Notes: generated by a model not told the origin, from the letters alone. 64,000 bases of DNA from Bacteroidota bacterium (GCA_035499415.1 DATJYV010000029.1:589-64588), one strand, 5' to 3'; counted from the stretch's first letter, positions 1 to 10,870 are shown. Made by a program: numbers and translations.

Positions 1-1
1 G

Positions 2-310
2 GATTTGCCGGGCCGGTCATCCGTGCGCGTTATCGAACTTAATCGCATCGCCCTGGAACTGGTTTCTACTCCCGGTTCCCTTTCGCGAACAAGCATTCTG
101 CCGGACTCAAACGACGCGGCACGGCTTCAGGGGTTCTTCAAGTTCGCCATCCTCGTCGACAATATCGATTCCGTCGCATCGTATCTGCACCGGCGAAATG
201 TCCGATTCCGCGGTTCACCCGTTGCCGATACAAGCTCGGGGTTCAGATTCTTTACCGTCGAGGATCCTGAGCACAACCTCATCCAGATCTTCCAACGCAC
301 AAGGCCGTAG
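2..310 (+). CDS. VOC (glyoxalase/bleomycin-resistance/dioxygenase) family protein, 5'-truncated by the window edge
   Basis: The ORF runs into the window start. The C-terminal pattern FRFFTVEDPEHNLIQIFQ resembles the terminal beta-strands of the VOC fold (F.DPDGN.IEL). Confidence 0.5.
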   Translation, partial: DLPGRSSVRVIELNRIALELVSTPGSLSRTSILPDSNDAARLQGFFKFAILVDNIDSVASYLHRRNVRFRGSPVADTSSGFRFFTVEDPEHNLIQIFQRTRP

Positions 311-396
311 GGGTCACGGCTTCGGGTCTTCCTGCAATCGTTGCACACGAACCGTCCGGCCATTGAACGGCCAATCCGATTTTCGTACCTTCAGTC

Positions 397-1329
397 GTGA
401 AGAGACCGGCGACGATGGTGCTGTCGGCACTGCTGGGCATTCAGCTCTCGGCATGCAATTCGTACATCACCCGCACGTTAACACAGTCGTTCTCCCGTAT
501 CGGCGAGGACATTCCTGATTCGCCCGGGAAAATCGTCACACCCATCCTTCCGAACGTTCATCTTGCAATATCCTGGATCGGGCACGCCACCGTCCTCATC
601 CAGATCCACGATAAGATCATCGTCACCGACCCTCTGTTTACAAAATCGATCGGGCTCTTAGTTAAGAGGTTTGTCATGCCGGGAATCGATCCGGCGGTCC
701 TCGCGCGGGTCGACTGCACGATCGTCTCCCACATGCACTTCGACCATCTCAGCTTCGGCAGTCTCGACGAACTCCCCAAGGAGGGCATCCTTGTCATCGC
801 GGACGGAATGCAGGAGTACACGCCCGAGTTTGGGTTCGCCGAAACCGTCGCGCTCAAACCCTGGGAGTCCATCGAGCATGACGGAATCAAAATCACCGCG
901 GTGCCGGCCCAGCATTTTAACGGTCGATACGGCATCGACATCTTATGGACGGGAGAACGGGGTTACACGGGATACGTTCTGGAATATGAGGGAATCACCG
1001 TCTACTTTGCAGGAGACACGGGATACAATACCGAGATTTTCAAGGAAATCGGCCGGCGTTTCAAAATCGACCTTGCGCTCATACCCATCGCTCCCGGGTC
1101 GGGATTCGGTGTTGGTTCACGGGTGCACGTGAACCCCCGCGGAGCCGTGAAGATTCTCGAGGATCTCGGCGCAAAGATGATGGTTCCGATACATTTCGGG
1201 ACGATGTATTACGGTACGAGCCCGAATCCGGCGGCTCAGATTGCGGAACTCCGCGAAGCGGCCAGGTCGGAAGGCGTTGCGGACCGGGTCCTGGTTCTCG
1301 ACGTCGGCGAACAACGCGTGATTTTCTGA
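397..1329 (+). CDS. MBL-fold metal-dependent hydrolase (NAPE-PLD-like), probable lipoprotein
   Basis: Signal peptide with lipobox-like LSAC. HMHFDH metal-binding motif (HxHxDH) and later His/Asp residues typical of the metallo-beta-lactamase fold. 310 aa. Confidence 0.7.
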   Translation: MKRPATMVLSALLGIQLSACNSYITRTLTQSFSRIGEDIPDSPGKIVTPILPNVHLAISWIGHATVLIQIHDKIIVTDPLFTKSIGLLVKRFVMPGIDPAVLARVDCTIVSHMHFDHLSFGSLDELPKEGILVIADGMQEYTPEFGFAETVALKPWESIEHDGIKITAVPAQHFNGRYGIDILWTGERGYTGYVLEYEGITVYFAGDTGYNTEIFKEIGRRFKIDLALIPIAPGSGFGVGSRVHVNPRGAVKILEDLGAKMMVPIHFGTMYYGTSPNPAAQIAELREAARSEGVADRVLVLDVGEQRVIF

Positions 1330-1359
1330 CCACTCCCTCCCACGACGGGGAAATTTATT

Positions 1360-2163
1360 ATGGGCGAAATAATCAAGGCGCTGATCCTCGGAGTTGTCGA
1401 GGGAATAACGGAATTCCTGCCTATCAGCAGCACGGGGCACCTCATCCTCGTCAACCGATTTGTGAGCTTCACCGGCGAATTCACGAAGATGTTCGACATC
1501 GTCATTCAGCTGGGCGCGATCCTCTCCATCATCGTCTACTTCTGGAAGCGCTTATATCCGTTCGGAAAATCGGTGACGCCGGATTCAAGGCGGGACATCT
1601 GGGATATCTGGAAGAAGGCGATCGTCGGTGTGCTCCCCGCGATCGTTATCGGCGCATCGCTGGGGCGGAAAATCGAAGAGTCGTTGTTCAACCCTCTGAC
1701 CGTCATGCTGGCGCTCTTTGCGGGAGGCATTCTCATTATCGTGGCGGAAAAACGCCGCACAACGGCTCGGATACAGAGCGTCGGCTCGCTGAAGTATTCC
1801 ACCGTTGTCTCGATAGGATTTATTCAATGCCTCGCGATGATTCCGGGGACTTCACGGTCGGCGGCAACGATTGTCGGGGCAATGCTGCTGGGCGCTTCAC
1901 GCACCGTTGCAGCGGAGTTCTCGTTCTTCCTGGCGATCCCGACGATGGTCGCGGCTTCCGGCTACTCGCTCCTGAAACATGGCTCTGCCGTCACGGGTCC
2001 GGAATGGGTCGTGCTCGCGACGGGATTTGCCGCCGCGTTCTTCGTTGCATGGGGCGTCGTCGCATTCCTCATGAACTATATTCGCAAACACGACTTCATC
2101 CCGTTCGGATACTACCGAATCGCACTCGCGATTCTCGTCGCGGTGTTCATGTATCGCACGTGA
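1360..2163 (+). CDS. uppP: Undecaprenyl-diphosphate phosphatase
   Basis: 267 aa polytopic membrane protein. The N-terminal GVVEGITEFLPISSTGHLIL motif and the PGTSRSAATI motif are the BacA/UppP family signatures. Confidence 0.9.
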   Translation: MGEIIKALILGVVEGITEFLPISSTGHLILVNRFVSFTGEFTKMFDIVIQLGAILSIIVYFWKRLYPFGKSVTPDSRRDIWDIWKKAIVGVLPAIVIGASLGRKIEESLFNPLTVMLALFAGGILIIVAEKRRTTARIQSVGSLKYSTVVSIGFIQCLAMIPGTSRSAATIVGAMLLGASRTVAAEFSFFLAIPTMVAASGYSLLKHGSAVTGPEWVVLATGFAAAFFVAWGVVAFLMNYIRKHDFIPFGYYRIALAILVAVFMYRT

Positions 2164-2213
2164 CGACCGGAAGCTGAAGATGAATTGCCCATCTCGATTT
2201 TGAGAGGGATCGT

Positions 2214-4202
2214 ATGAGCGCTTCAACTCGTTCGCATCCGACCAGTACCGACCTCTTCCCTCAACTTCTTCGTCGCACTCTTGGCGCAGGATTTGTGACG
2301 CCGTTGATCATCATGTCTTTGGCGGCCCAAACCATTTCTCCGGTAGAAAGCCCCCTGCTCCCCTATCGGAATCCGTCTCTCGCTGTCGAGCGGAGGGTCG
2401 ACGACCTTCTCAGCCGCATGACACTCGCCGAAAAGGTCGGACAAATGACGCAGGTCGAGTTTCATTCCATCGACGTGGACGACATTTCAGCCATGACGAT
2501 CGGGTCACTGCTCAGCGGAGGAGACGGCTATCCGGGAGACAACTCCCCGGAAGCGTGGAAGTCGGCCGTGGACCGACTGCAATCGTATGCGTTAAAGTCG
2601 CGACTGGGGATTCCCCTCTTGTTCGGCATCGACGCAGTTCACGGCCACGGTCACGTCCACGGAGCGACGATCTTTCCGCACAACATCGGACTGGGAGCGA
2701 CGCATGATTCCGCGCTAGTCCGGAGAATAGCGCGCGCCACGGCCGAGGAATTAGTTGCAACCGGCATTCGATGGGATTTTGGGCCTGTGGTTGCGGTTCC
2801 GCAGGATATCCGCTGGGGCCGGACGTACGAGGCATTTTCTGAGAACAGCGGGCTCGTGGAACGTCTCGCGGCGGCATATGTCCGCGGCATGCAAGGAGCC
2901 GGGCTCCGGGATTCTTTGTCCGTTCTTGCGACGCCGAAGCATTTCATCGGCGACGGCGGAACCGTGTGGGAGTCATCGAAGCAGAACGTCATGCACCATG
3001 CATTCCTGCTCGACCAGGGCGACATGCGCTCGGACGAGTCTTTCATTCGCCGTGTTTTTCTCCCTCCCTATCAATCCGCCATTTCGGCGGGAGCACAATG
3101 CATCATGGTTTCCTACAACAGCTGGAACGGGACAAAAATGCACGCCCAGAAATACTGGCTCACGGACGTGCTCAAAGGGGAGATGGGGTTTGACGGCTTC
3201 CTGATATCGGACTGGGCCGGCATGAACCAGGTGGCTGCCTCGTACGACTCCGCGGTCACTCTCTCGGTCAACGCCGGACTCGATATGTCGATGGTGCCGG
3301 ATGATTACAAGCACTTCATTGCGACCGCATCCCGGGCTGTCTCCGACGGGAGAATACCGAAGGCCCGGATTGACGACGCGGCCCGCCGGATCCTGCGCGT
3401 GAAGTTTGAAATGGGATTATTCGATCATCCAAAAACGGACGCCGATGCTTTCAGATTCTTCGGCTCTTCAGAACACCGATCGCTTGCGCGCGAAGCCGTT
3501 CGACAGTCTCTCGTCCTTTTGCTGAACAAGGGAAAGACGCTGCCGCTTAAAAAAGATGTCGCGTCGATCGACGTATCGGGAAAAGGGGGGGATGATATTG
3601 GAATGATGTGCGGCGGATGGACTGTTTCGTGGCAGGGGAGAACGGGAAACATCATGCCGGGAACAAGCATCTTAGAGGCGGTGCGGCGGGCCGTTTCTCC
3701 GAAGACCGTCGTGCGGTTCGACCGAACCGGCGAGTTCGCGGAGGCCCGAGGGAAGGACGGAAGCGCGAAGCGCCCCGGCATTTCCCTTGTCGTCGTCGGG
3801 GAAGAGCCGTATGCCGAAGGCCTCGGAGACCGCGCCGACCTCTCGCTGTCGCTTGAGGATCGTGCGCTGATCGAGAAGGCAAATCAGGCGGGGGGAAAAG
3901 TCGTCGTCTTGATTTTATCCGGACGGCCCCTCGTCGTGACAAGGGAGTTGGGAAAAATCGACGCGCTGGTGGCGGCTTGGCTTCCGGGCACCGAAGGGGA
4001 GGGAATCACCGATGCCCTCTTCGGCGACGTCCAGTTCTCCGGCAAGCTTCCTTACGCCTGGCCGCGCTCGAACAATCAACTTCCGACCGGATTCGAATCG
4101 CCACCCCGCACCGGGTGTGAATCACCCCTCTTCCCGTTTGGATTTGGCTTGACGACGGATGCCGAATCTCCATCCATTCCCTCGTGTCCGGGACAGGAGT
4201 GA
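2214..4202 (+). CDS. Glycoside hydrolase family 3 (BglX-type beta-glucosidase/exo-glycosidase), secreted
   Basis: 662 aa. GH3 N-domain motifs GIDAVHGHG, KHFIGDGG, ISDWAGM. C-terminal alpha/beta domain. N-terminal signal-like segment. Confidence 0.85.
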   Translation: MSASTRSHPTSTDLFPQLLRRTLGAGFVTPLIIMSLAAQTISPVESPLLPYRNPSLAVERRVDDLLSRMTLAEKVGQMTQVEFHSIDVDDISAMTIGSLLSGGDGYPGDNSPEAWKSAVDRLQSYALKSRLGIPLLFGIDAVHGHGHVHGATIFPHNIGLGATHDSALVRRIARATAEELVATGIRWDFGPVVAVPQDIRWGRTYEAFSENSGLVERLAAAYVRGMQGAGLRDSLSVLATPKHFIGDGGTVWESSKQNVMHHAFLLDQGDMRSDESFIRRVFLPPYQSAISAGAQCIMVSYNSWNGTKMHAQKYWLTDVLKGEMGFDGFLISDWAGMNQVAASYDSAVTLSVNAGLDMSMVPDDYKHFIATASRAVSDGRIPKARIDDAARRILRVKFEMGLFDHPKTDADAFRFFGSSEHRSLAREAVRQSLVLLLNKGKTLPLKKDVASIDVSGKGGDDIGMMCGGWTVSWQGRTGNIMPGTSILEAVRRAVSPKTVVRFDRTGEFAEARGKDGSAKRPGISLVVVGEEPYAEGLGDRADLSLSLEDRALIEKANQAGGKVVVLILSGRPLVVTRELGKIDALVAAWLPGTEGEGITDALFGDVQFSGKLPYAWPRSNNQLPTGFESPPRTGCESPLFPFGFGLTTDAESPSIPSCPGQE

Positions 4203-4476
4203 ATTTTCGTCATCCCGGTTGGGCATGAGGAAACTGGCTCGCTCTGCTGGACAGCAAACCGGGCTTCCAACAATCTTCAAGGGTACCAACAGGGAAATAA
4301 CGATACGCGACGTCCGAGGTTATCCAAATCGGTCAATCGGGGATCAGAACGGCGCCCCTCGGTGTCGGGGGCTGAAACGATGAGAGGTTCAGGCGGGAAA
4401 GGACAGTGGGCACCCTGTCGTCGCGTGGATTGATCCGGAGATGATGAAAGGGGGATGATGAAGCTCTCCGGGTTAT

Positions 4477-6996
4477 TCAACCCATCGTGACGCGCACCTC
4501 CACCTCGGCTCCGGGTTTGCGCGGAGGAATTCTCCCGGTCATTTGCTCGCCGTCGACCCACATCTCCTTGACGCCTTTTTCCACGCCGCGCGGGTTCGAG
4601 ACTCGAATCCGGTACGTTGCGCCGCGCCAGCGTCTCGTCACCTCAAACTCCTTCCACTCCGGTGGAATGCATGGGTCGATGATCAAACCGTCGTACGCGG
4701 CCCGAATACCCAGAATGTATTTTGTCGCCGCCGTATAATTCCATCCCGCACTGCCTGTCAACCAGGGATGCCGTGCCCGGCCGTAGGCGGTATGATCCTT
4801 CCCCATAATGAACTGGCAATAAGAATAGGGTTCCGCCTGGCGGACATGAATGTTGTCGTTCTGATGGTAGGGCAACAACGCGTCATACAGTTTCATCGCG
4901 AGAGCTCCCCTCCCCAGCCGGCATTCGCCGATGACGGCCCACGGGTTGGGGTGACTGAAAATCGAACCGTTTTCCTTGACGCCGCGGTACACGCGCGTGA
5001 CATATCCGATGTCGTCGTTGGGCCTGGTGTACGTCGGCCAGACGAGATGAATCCCGTAGGGCGAGGCGAGGTGCCGATGGACGGCATCCATCGCTTTCTT
5101 CCCCCGCTCTTCCGAAGCAGCTCCGGACATGACCGCCCAGCTGTTGCTTTCAAGGAATATCTTCCCTTCATCGTTCTTTTTCGAACCGATCCTCGTGCCG
5201 CGCTTCGTGACGCCCCGGATGTACCAATCCCCGTCCCATAATTCCCGCTCGCACGCGTCACGGACACGTTCCGCCATCCCGAGGTAGCGCGCCACATCCG
5301 CACTCCGTCCGAGAAACGAGGCGGCATCGGCGAATTCCTGAAGGGCCCAGTAGTGCATGAACGATACCATGGCGCTCTGACCTCCGCCCAGGTTCAGGCA
5401 GTCGTTCCAATCGGCCCGGAGTCCGAGACAGATTCCGTTCGCCCCCACCTGTTCCGCGGAGAATTCAAGAGATCGTTTGAGGTGCTCGTACACGGTTGCT
5501 TCACCGGCATCGGCGAATGGAACGGTCAGGTCGAAGAACCCTGCGTCTCCCGTCTCCTTGACGTATTCACACACTGATCCGACAATCCAGAGGGCATCGT
5601 CCGAGCAGACATCTTCCATCCCGTGAACAATGTCCGATGCCTGCGGCGTCGGTACAACAGTCGGCAGACGCACGCCGGGCAATTTTTCGTCGCGAGGTTT
5701 GAAGACATCCGGGTCAAAAAGGTGGAGCCCGTATCCCTTGCTCACCTGTCCGTGGAGAAGTTCGACCATCCGTTCCCTGCACTTCGCCGGGTTCGTGTGG
5801 GGAACCGCCATGACATCCTGCGAGGTGTCACGATAGCCGAGTCCCGTTCGTCCCCCCACTTCTATGAATGACGCAAACCGGGACCAGACGACGCACGTCT
5901 CCGCCTGGTACGGAGTCCACGTATTGATCATTGAGTTGAGTCCATTGCTCGGGGTGCGGACCTGCAGGACGGAGAGCTTCTTCTCCCAGTAATCGCGCAG
6001 CCCGGCAAACGCCCGGTCGACAGCCGCCACATCGCCATACTTCGACCGCATCTTTGCGCCGGCCTTCCTGTCCCCCACACCCATCATGAAGACCACACGT
6101 TGTTCTTCACCCGGCTGGAGAACCAATCGCTTGTGGAGAGAGCCGCAATGGTTCCCCCCCAACTCCGACGAACCAGAGCACAATCCCCGCTCAACGGCAA
6201 GGGGGTTCGTCTCCGTCCGGTATGGGCCTATGAAGGCATCGCGAACGCAATCGTAGGAATCGGGGTTGACGTTCGACGTGAAGTAATGATACGTCCACGG
6301 TTCGTAAAAAAAGTCGTACTCAATGATCCCGTCGGCAAAATTCGATCCGCTCGCGTACAGGGACATCTGGAGGTTTTGATTGTCGATCTCGATGTGGTGA
6401 AACGAGAACTCGCAATAGGTGAAAAGGGACAGACGGCGGGGCCTGCCGCTTTTGTTTGTCACGCGGACATCCCACAGTTCCACGTCGTCGGCAACGGGAA
6501 TGAAGACGAGCTGTTCACCGGCAATTCCCTGATACTCCGCCGAGAATTTCGAATACGACAACCCATGCCGGCATTCGTACCGCGCTTCGGATAGATCCTT
6601 TCCGACGGGCTGCCAGGAGAGGGACCAGAATTCTCCCGTCTCATCGTCCCGGACGTAGACATAGTGGCCCGGCCGATCCAGCGGAACTCCGTTCTGCCGG
6701 AATCGGGTCACCCGGTGATGCTCCGCCGACTGATAGAAGGCGTAACCTCCGGCGTTGTGGGAAAGCACGACGCATAGATCCTTCACGCCGATGTAATTCG
6801 TCCAGGAAACAGGAACGTTGCATCGGTCGACGACGTATTCCCGGTGCTCGTCGTCGAAGTAGCCGTACCGGGATGCATCATCCCCCGTGCGTTGATTCAC
6901 TCCGCCGGGTTCCTTCGTTCTTCTTCCTTTTCTTGTCTCTGTCAATTCCATGGTGTCACTACCGTTGGTTTCGAAATTCTGCCACGATCGCGTCAA
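4477..6996 (-). CDS. GH94 glycoside phosphorylase (cellobiose / N,N'-diacetylchitobiose phosphorylase family)
   Basis: 839 aa. The N-terminus aligns to the cellobiose-phosphorylase start (YGYFDDEHREYVVDRCNVP..WTNYIG). Full-length GH94 architecture. It sits downstream of GH18 chitinases and a permease, so chitobiose phosphorylase is the contextual guess. The start may be the internal M at about 6951. Confidence 0.8.
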   Translation of the reverse strand: MTRSWQNFETNGSDTMELTETRKGRRTKEPGGVNQRTGDDASRYGYFDDEHREYVVDRCNVPVSWTNYIGVKDLCVVLSHNAGGYAFYQSAEHHRVTRFRQNGVPLDRPGHYVYVRDDETGEFWSLSWQPVGKDLSEARYECRHGLSYSKFSAEYQGIAGEQLVFIPVADDVELWDVRVTNKSGRPRRLSLFTYCEFSFHHIEIDNQNLQMSLYASGSNFADGIIEYDFFYEPWTYHYFTSNVNPDSYDCVRDAFIGPYRTETNPLAVERGLCSGSSELGGNHCGSLHKRLVLQPGEEQRVVFMMGVGDRKAGAKMRSKYGDVAAVDRAFAGLRDYWEKKLSVLQVRTPSNGLNSMINTWTPYQAETCVVWSRFASFIEVGGRTGLGYRDTSQDVMAVPHTNPAKCRERMVELLHGQVSKGYGLHLFDPDVFKPRDEKLPGVRLPTVVPTPQASDIVHGMEDVCSDDALWIVGSVCEYVKETGDAGFFDLTVPFADAGEATVYEHLKRSLEFSAEQVGANGICLGLRADWNDCLNLGGGQSAMVSFMHYWALQEFADAASFLGRSADVARYLGMAERVRDACERELWDGDWYIRGVTKRGTRIGSKKNDEGKIFLESNSWAVMSGAASEERGKKAMDAVHRHLASPYGIHLVWPTYTRPNDDIGYVTRVYRGVKENGSIFSHPNPWAVIGECRLGRGALAMKLYDALLPYHQNDNIHVRQAEPYSYCQFIMGKDHTAYGRARHPWLTGSAGWNYTAATKYILGIRAAYDGLIIDPCIPPEWKEFEVTRRWRGATYRIRVSNPRGVEKGVKEMWVDGEQMTGRIPPRKPGAEVEVRVTMG

Positions 6997-8131
6997 GCAG
7001 CGGCGTTGCCCCGGACGGCAGGAAGTCGCCCGTGAGCTCCCAGATGACCAGACCGCACGCGCCGTGCTCCGCTGCGTACTTCGCTTTGAGCGAGACGGAC
7101 TGCGAATCGTCGTACGACACGAAGACGTTCCATGCAGGTTGAATCATATAAGGGACTTTCGCCGCCTCGTCCCATTTCTTTTCAAACTGGCCGCTCAAGC
7201 GGACAATGTCGGCATAGAACGCTCCCTGGGAAGAAAAGTGCAGATGCTCCTCGCCTCCATGCGGCTCGCCCGGGCCTTTGCATGCCGCGTAGGCATGACC
7301 GTAAAATGGAACGCCGAGGTTGAGCTTCGCCGGGTTGACGTGGAATTGTCCGGTGTACATGCGGAACGCTGCGTCCACGCTTCTCGTCGAATCGGCCCCC
7401 GGACCGGCGAACAGGGGTGCGTTGTGTCCGCTCAGGGGATCCCACGGGCCGTTGAAATCGTACGTCATGATATTCAGCATGTCGAGCAGGACGGAAATTT
7501 TTTCCATTTCAAAACTTGCGGTGAACACCGGGCCCGCAGGGAGCGCGGCGCTCAGTTGATAGGGGCGGCCGTCCATTCGGCCAAGCTGATCGAGCGTATC
7601 CCGCAGGGCCTGAAAAAGTGCCGTGCAGTTTTGTTTATCCGCGGGCGTCCCCCGGTGCTCCGCATAGCAGGGGAATTCCCAATCGATGTCGATGCCGTCG
7701 AAACCGTGTTGGCGAATCTCCTTCGCGCAGGCCGATGCAAACCGTGAGCGCGTGGCGGGGCTGGAGGCAACCTCCGGAAAATTCCCGGAATCGTCCCAGC
7801 CGCCGATGGAGAGAAACACTCTGACGTTTTGCCGATGAGCCGCTTCGACAAGGGACTCCGCGCCGCCGGGCCCGCCTCCGAGGTATACCGCATCACCGCT
7901 GGTGTCGCGGCCGCAGAGACTTCCGTCCGGTCTCGGGAAGAAAAACGCGTAATTGACATCCGTGACTTTACTGAAGGGAATTTGTTTCACCGTCGTCATG
8001 CCTGACGAGGCATTCCATTTCCATGACGGGAAATAGGCGATCACGTGTCTCTCCTGTGCAGGGGCAGCCACTGCCAGCAACGCCAGAGAGGGGAAAACCA
8101 GGAGTCGTACAGGTCGCAGGAGAGAATTCAC
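6959..8131 (-). CDS. GH18 chitinase, secreted
   Basis: Signal peptide. GH18 catalytic motif DGIDIDWEFP (DxxDxDxE). GTG start overlapping the stop of the upstream permease (GTGA). Confidence 0.8.
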   Translation of the reverse strand: MNSLLRPVRLLVFPSLALLAVAAPAQERHVIAYFPSWKWNASSGMTTVKQIPFSKVTDVNYAFFFPRPDGSLCGRDTSGDAVYLGGGPGGAESLVEAAHRQNVRVFLSIGGWDDSGNFPEVASSPATRSRFASACAKEIRQHGFDGIDIDWEFPCYAEHRGTPADKQNCTALFQALRDTLDQLGRMDGRPYQLSAALPAGPVFTASFEMEKISVLLDMLNIMTYDFNGPWDPLSGHNAPLFAGPGADSTRSVDAAFRMYTGQFHVNPAKLNLGVPFYGHAYAACKGPGEPHGGEEHLHFSSQGAFYADIVRLSGQFEKKWDEAAKVPYMIQPAWNVFVSYDDSQSVSLKAKYAAEHGACGLVIWELTGDFLPSGATPLLDAIVAEFRNQR

Positions 8132-9417
8132 GGAGTGCCTCCTTGCGCGCTCTGTTCGATGGGACGGAACGGCACGAGCCAGGTGATCAGAAACGACGGG
8201 ATGGTTGCCAACATGATCCAGATGAAAAACTCCTTGTAGCCCAGAAAATCACTCACATATCCGCTGATCATCGACGGGAGAAGAAATCCCAGCTGCATGA
8301 GAGATGTGGCGAACGCGTAATGCGCCATCTTGTACCGGCCGGGTGCGATTTGCTGCATCATGAAAAGCGTCAGGCCGACGAAGCCGAACCCGTATCCAAA
8401 GTACTCACACACGACGAGGATGGAGGTCAGCGGAAAACTCGTCGGCTGGGCGATGGCGAGATACGCGTAGACGGCGAACGGGATGTTAAAAAATGCGCAG
8501 AGGACGATGAGGGCTTTCCGCAGGCCGCGGTTCGCGGTGTAGTAGCCCGAGAGAATCGAGCCGAGAATGAATGCGAGGGGCGGGAAAAAGCCGTACAAGA
8601 GTCCGACATCCTCCGTCGAGAGCCCCAACCCGCCGATGTCGCGCGAGGCACGCATGAAGAGCGGCACAATCTTGATCGCCTGCCCCTCCGCAAACCGGTA
8701 GAACACGAGAAACATGATCGCCCACGCGATATATTTCTTTCCGAAAAAAGTCCGAACGACATCCCAGAAGATGGACATCGATTCCCGAAACGATTTGACT
8801 CCACCCGACCGTCCCCCCGATGGAAGGAACCGCCAGTGGTACGCGCTCAGGAGCACAAGGATGCAACCGAAGCTCGCCATGACGATCGTCCACGCGATGA
8901 CCACGCCGTAGCTCTTCTCCAGTCTGCCGGCAAGGTAGACGAACGCTCCCTGGGAGAGGACTTTACCGACGTTGTAGAATGCTCCCTGCCATCCGACGTA
9001 CCGGGCTTGCTGCTGGTCCGACAGAACGGTGATGTAGACGCCGTCCGCCGCAGTGTCATGCACTGCCGAATTGATTGCGACAAGGCCAAACAAGACGATG
9101 CTCCACGTAAAATAGTCGGGGAGATGGAGCGAAAGCGCGAGCAAACCAAACGAAATTCCCCCGAGGAATTGCGTCATGAGGACGAAATACTTTTTGGTCT
9201 TGAACATTTCCAACAGCGGCCCCCAGATGGGCTTCAAAGCCCAGGGGATGGTGACGATGCTGGTGAAAAAGGCGATCCGCGCATCGCTCAAACCGAGACT
9301 CTTATACATCAGCACCGACACGACATTGACGACAACGAAAGGCAGACCTTCGGCCGTATAGAGCGTGGGCACCCAGAGGGCAGGATTGCGAAGTACCGGT
9401 TTTTCGGGCGCTATCAT
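8128..9417 (-). CDS. MFS permease (AmpG/muropeptide-type; probable chitooligosaccharide or GlcNAc-disaccharide importer)
   Basis: 429 aa, 12-14 hydrophobic helices. The N-terminal LYTAEGLPFVVVN..IPWALKPIWGPLLE is characteristic of the AmpG-like MFS subfamily. The antisense 538-aa ORF (8023..9639) is R/D/E-rich and was rejected. Confidence 0.7.
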   Translation of the reverse strand: MIAPEKPVLRNPALWVPTLYTAEGLPFVVVNVVSVLMYKSLGLSDARIAFFTSIVTIPWALKPIWGPLLEMFKTKKYFVLMTQFLGGISFGLLALSLHLPDYFTWSIVLFGLVAINSAVHDTAADGVYITVLSDQQQARYVGWQGAFYNVGKVLSQGAFVYLAGRLEKSYGVVIAWTIVMASFGCILVLLSAYHWRFLPSGGRSGGVKSFRESMSIFWDVVRTFFGKKYIAWAIMFLVFYRFAEGQAIKIVPLFMRASRDIGGLGLSTEDVGLLYGFFPPLAFILGSILSGYYTANRGLRKALIVLCAFFNIPFAVYAYLAIAQPTSFPLTSILVVCEYFGYGFGFVGLTLFMMQQIAPGRYKMAHYAFATSLMQLGFLLPSMISGYVSDFLGYKEFFIWIMLATIPSFLITWLVPFRPIEQSAQGGTP

Positions 9418-9430
9418 CGTCCCATGTTAC

Positions 9431-10870
9431 TCATCGGGTCAGTATCATCTTTCCCGTCGCCACAAACCCGCCTGCGTCCATCCGGTAGTAGTACACGCCG
9501 CTGGCAATTCGCCGGGACGTTGCATCAAAAAGGACCGACCACGAGCCGGCCCCTTTCTCCGCATCCAGAAGGGTTGCGACCTCACGGCCCAGGATGTCGA
9601 AGACACGGATGGTCACGTGGGCGGAGATGGGAATCGTAAATCGGATGGTCGTCGACGGATTGAAGGGATTGGGGAAGTTTCGTTCGAGCGCATACGACAC
9701 CGGCGCCGCCGGCAACGGAGCAAGGTCTATGGACGATGTTCCGAACATCTGGGAACAGACGACATCCATGAGGGGTTGAGATGACCCGACCACATCCTGC
9801 GTTATTTCCCAGATCATGACTCCCGCCAGACCGTTGGTCTTCGCATACTGGCATTTGAGCGCAATCGACAGAGAGTCATCGAGCGTGATAATCCTCGCCG
9901 GCCGGTCGGAGACATACAGAGGCGCGCTGGATCCCGCATCCCAGGTATATACCCACACCCCAGAACCTACACTGCTTAGAATATCCCGGTAGGCAAGGTC
10001 TTGTTCGCCCGTGTAGCTCGAATAGAGGACCGACGTTCCGAAGGACTTGCCGTAGAACGGCATGCCGAGGAGTATTTTGCTCTTGGATATACCTCGTGTC
10101 CCGACAAGGTACTGATAGCTCAGATCGATGGAGTAATAATCGGGGTCAGTCAGCGGATCGGTGCCGGCGTACAGGGGGGCGTTGTGTCCCGCCAGGGAGC
10201 TCCAGCTGCCATGAAAATCGTATTCCATCGCGTTGAACCAATCGACATACTGCTCGAGAGTTGAATAATCCCGCCACTGGCCGGACCAGGGGGACGCCCC
10301 CACAGCCATCGTCAGAAGCAGGGATGAATCTGCGGCTTGGAGAGCGGCACGCAGTTGTTTCACGAGACTTACTTCGTTTGCTTTGTCCGCGGCATTTGCA
10401 GGGCCTTCCCAGTCGAGATCGACTCCGTCGTAGTGACGGAAAGTGATCCACGAAACGACGTTCGCGGCGAATGCCTTCCGAAGGTTCGAGTCCGCTGCGA
10501 CCGTGGCAAAGTTCGCCGCTTGTGTGGCTCCCGCCCCGCCGAGCGACAAAACGATCTTTCGGGAAGCCCGGTGTGTGGTGTTGATGAGAGCAGTATCGAC
10601 ACCCGACTCGCCGCTTGCGATCGACCCGTCGGCATTAGGCCAGTCGAACGCGTGAAAAATATGTGTGACCGCGGAGTAATTTATTCCGCCGGGGGGTAAA
10701 AAGGATTTGTTCCACATCGGATAGTATCCGGCGACGCGGTATTGCGCCGGAACGGGTACTCCGAGCAAGGCAAGAACCGAGAGCGCACAGAATCTCCCCT
10801 TCCATATCCTGCAGGGTTTCCACCACCTCAGAGCATGAACGCACATCGTCCGCAATTCCTGCGACATCAC
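9431..10870 (-). CDS. GH18 chitinase with C-terminal T9SS sorting domain
   Basis: Signal peptide. GH18 motif DGVDLDWEGP. C-terminal about 80 aa (FPNPFNPSTTIRFTI...GVYYYRMDAGGFVATGKMILTR) matches the Por secretion-system C-terminal domain consensus. The true start may be the M at about 10846. Confidence 0.8.
   Translation of the reverse strand: MMSQELRTMCVHALRWWKPCRIWKGRFCALSVLALLGVPVPAQYRVAGYYPMWNKSFLPPGGINYSAVTHIFHAFDWPNADGSIASGESGVDTALINTTHRASRKIVLSLGGAGATQAANFATVAADSNLRKAFAANVVSWITFRHYDGVDLDWEGPANAADKANEVSLVKQLRAALQAADSSLLLTMAVGASPWSGQWRDYSTLEQYVDWFNAMEYDFHGSWSSLAGHNAPLYAGTDPLTDPDYYSIDLSYQYLVGTRGISKSKILLGMPFYGKSFGTSVLYSSYTGEQDLAYRDILSSVGSGVWVYTWDAGSSAPLYVSDRPARIITLDDSLSIALKCQYAKTNGLAGVMIWEITQDVVGSSQPLMDVVCSQMFGTSSIDLAPLPAAPVSYALERNFPNPFNPSTTIRFTIPISAHVTIRVFDILGREVATLLDAEKGAGSWSVLFDATSRRIASGVYYYRMDAGGFVATGKMILTR

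Noticed and set aside
4203-4476. GC-rich hairpin GCCCC-N8-GGGGC between the convergent GH3 and GH94 genes as a bidirectional terminator
   Set aside because: The stem is short and is not followed by a U-run on either strand, so an intrinsic terminator cannot be supported from sequence alone.
8023-9639. 538-aa plus-strand ORF over the MFS permease
   Set aside because: Arg/Asp/Glu/Pro-rich with no motifs. The opposite-strand ORF is a convincing 12-TM AmpG-like transporter.
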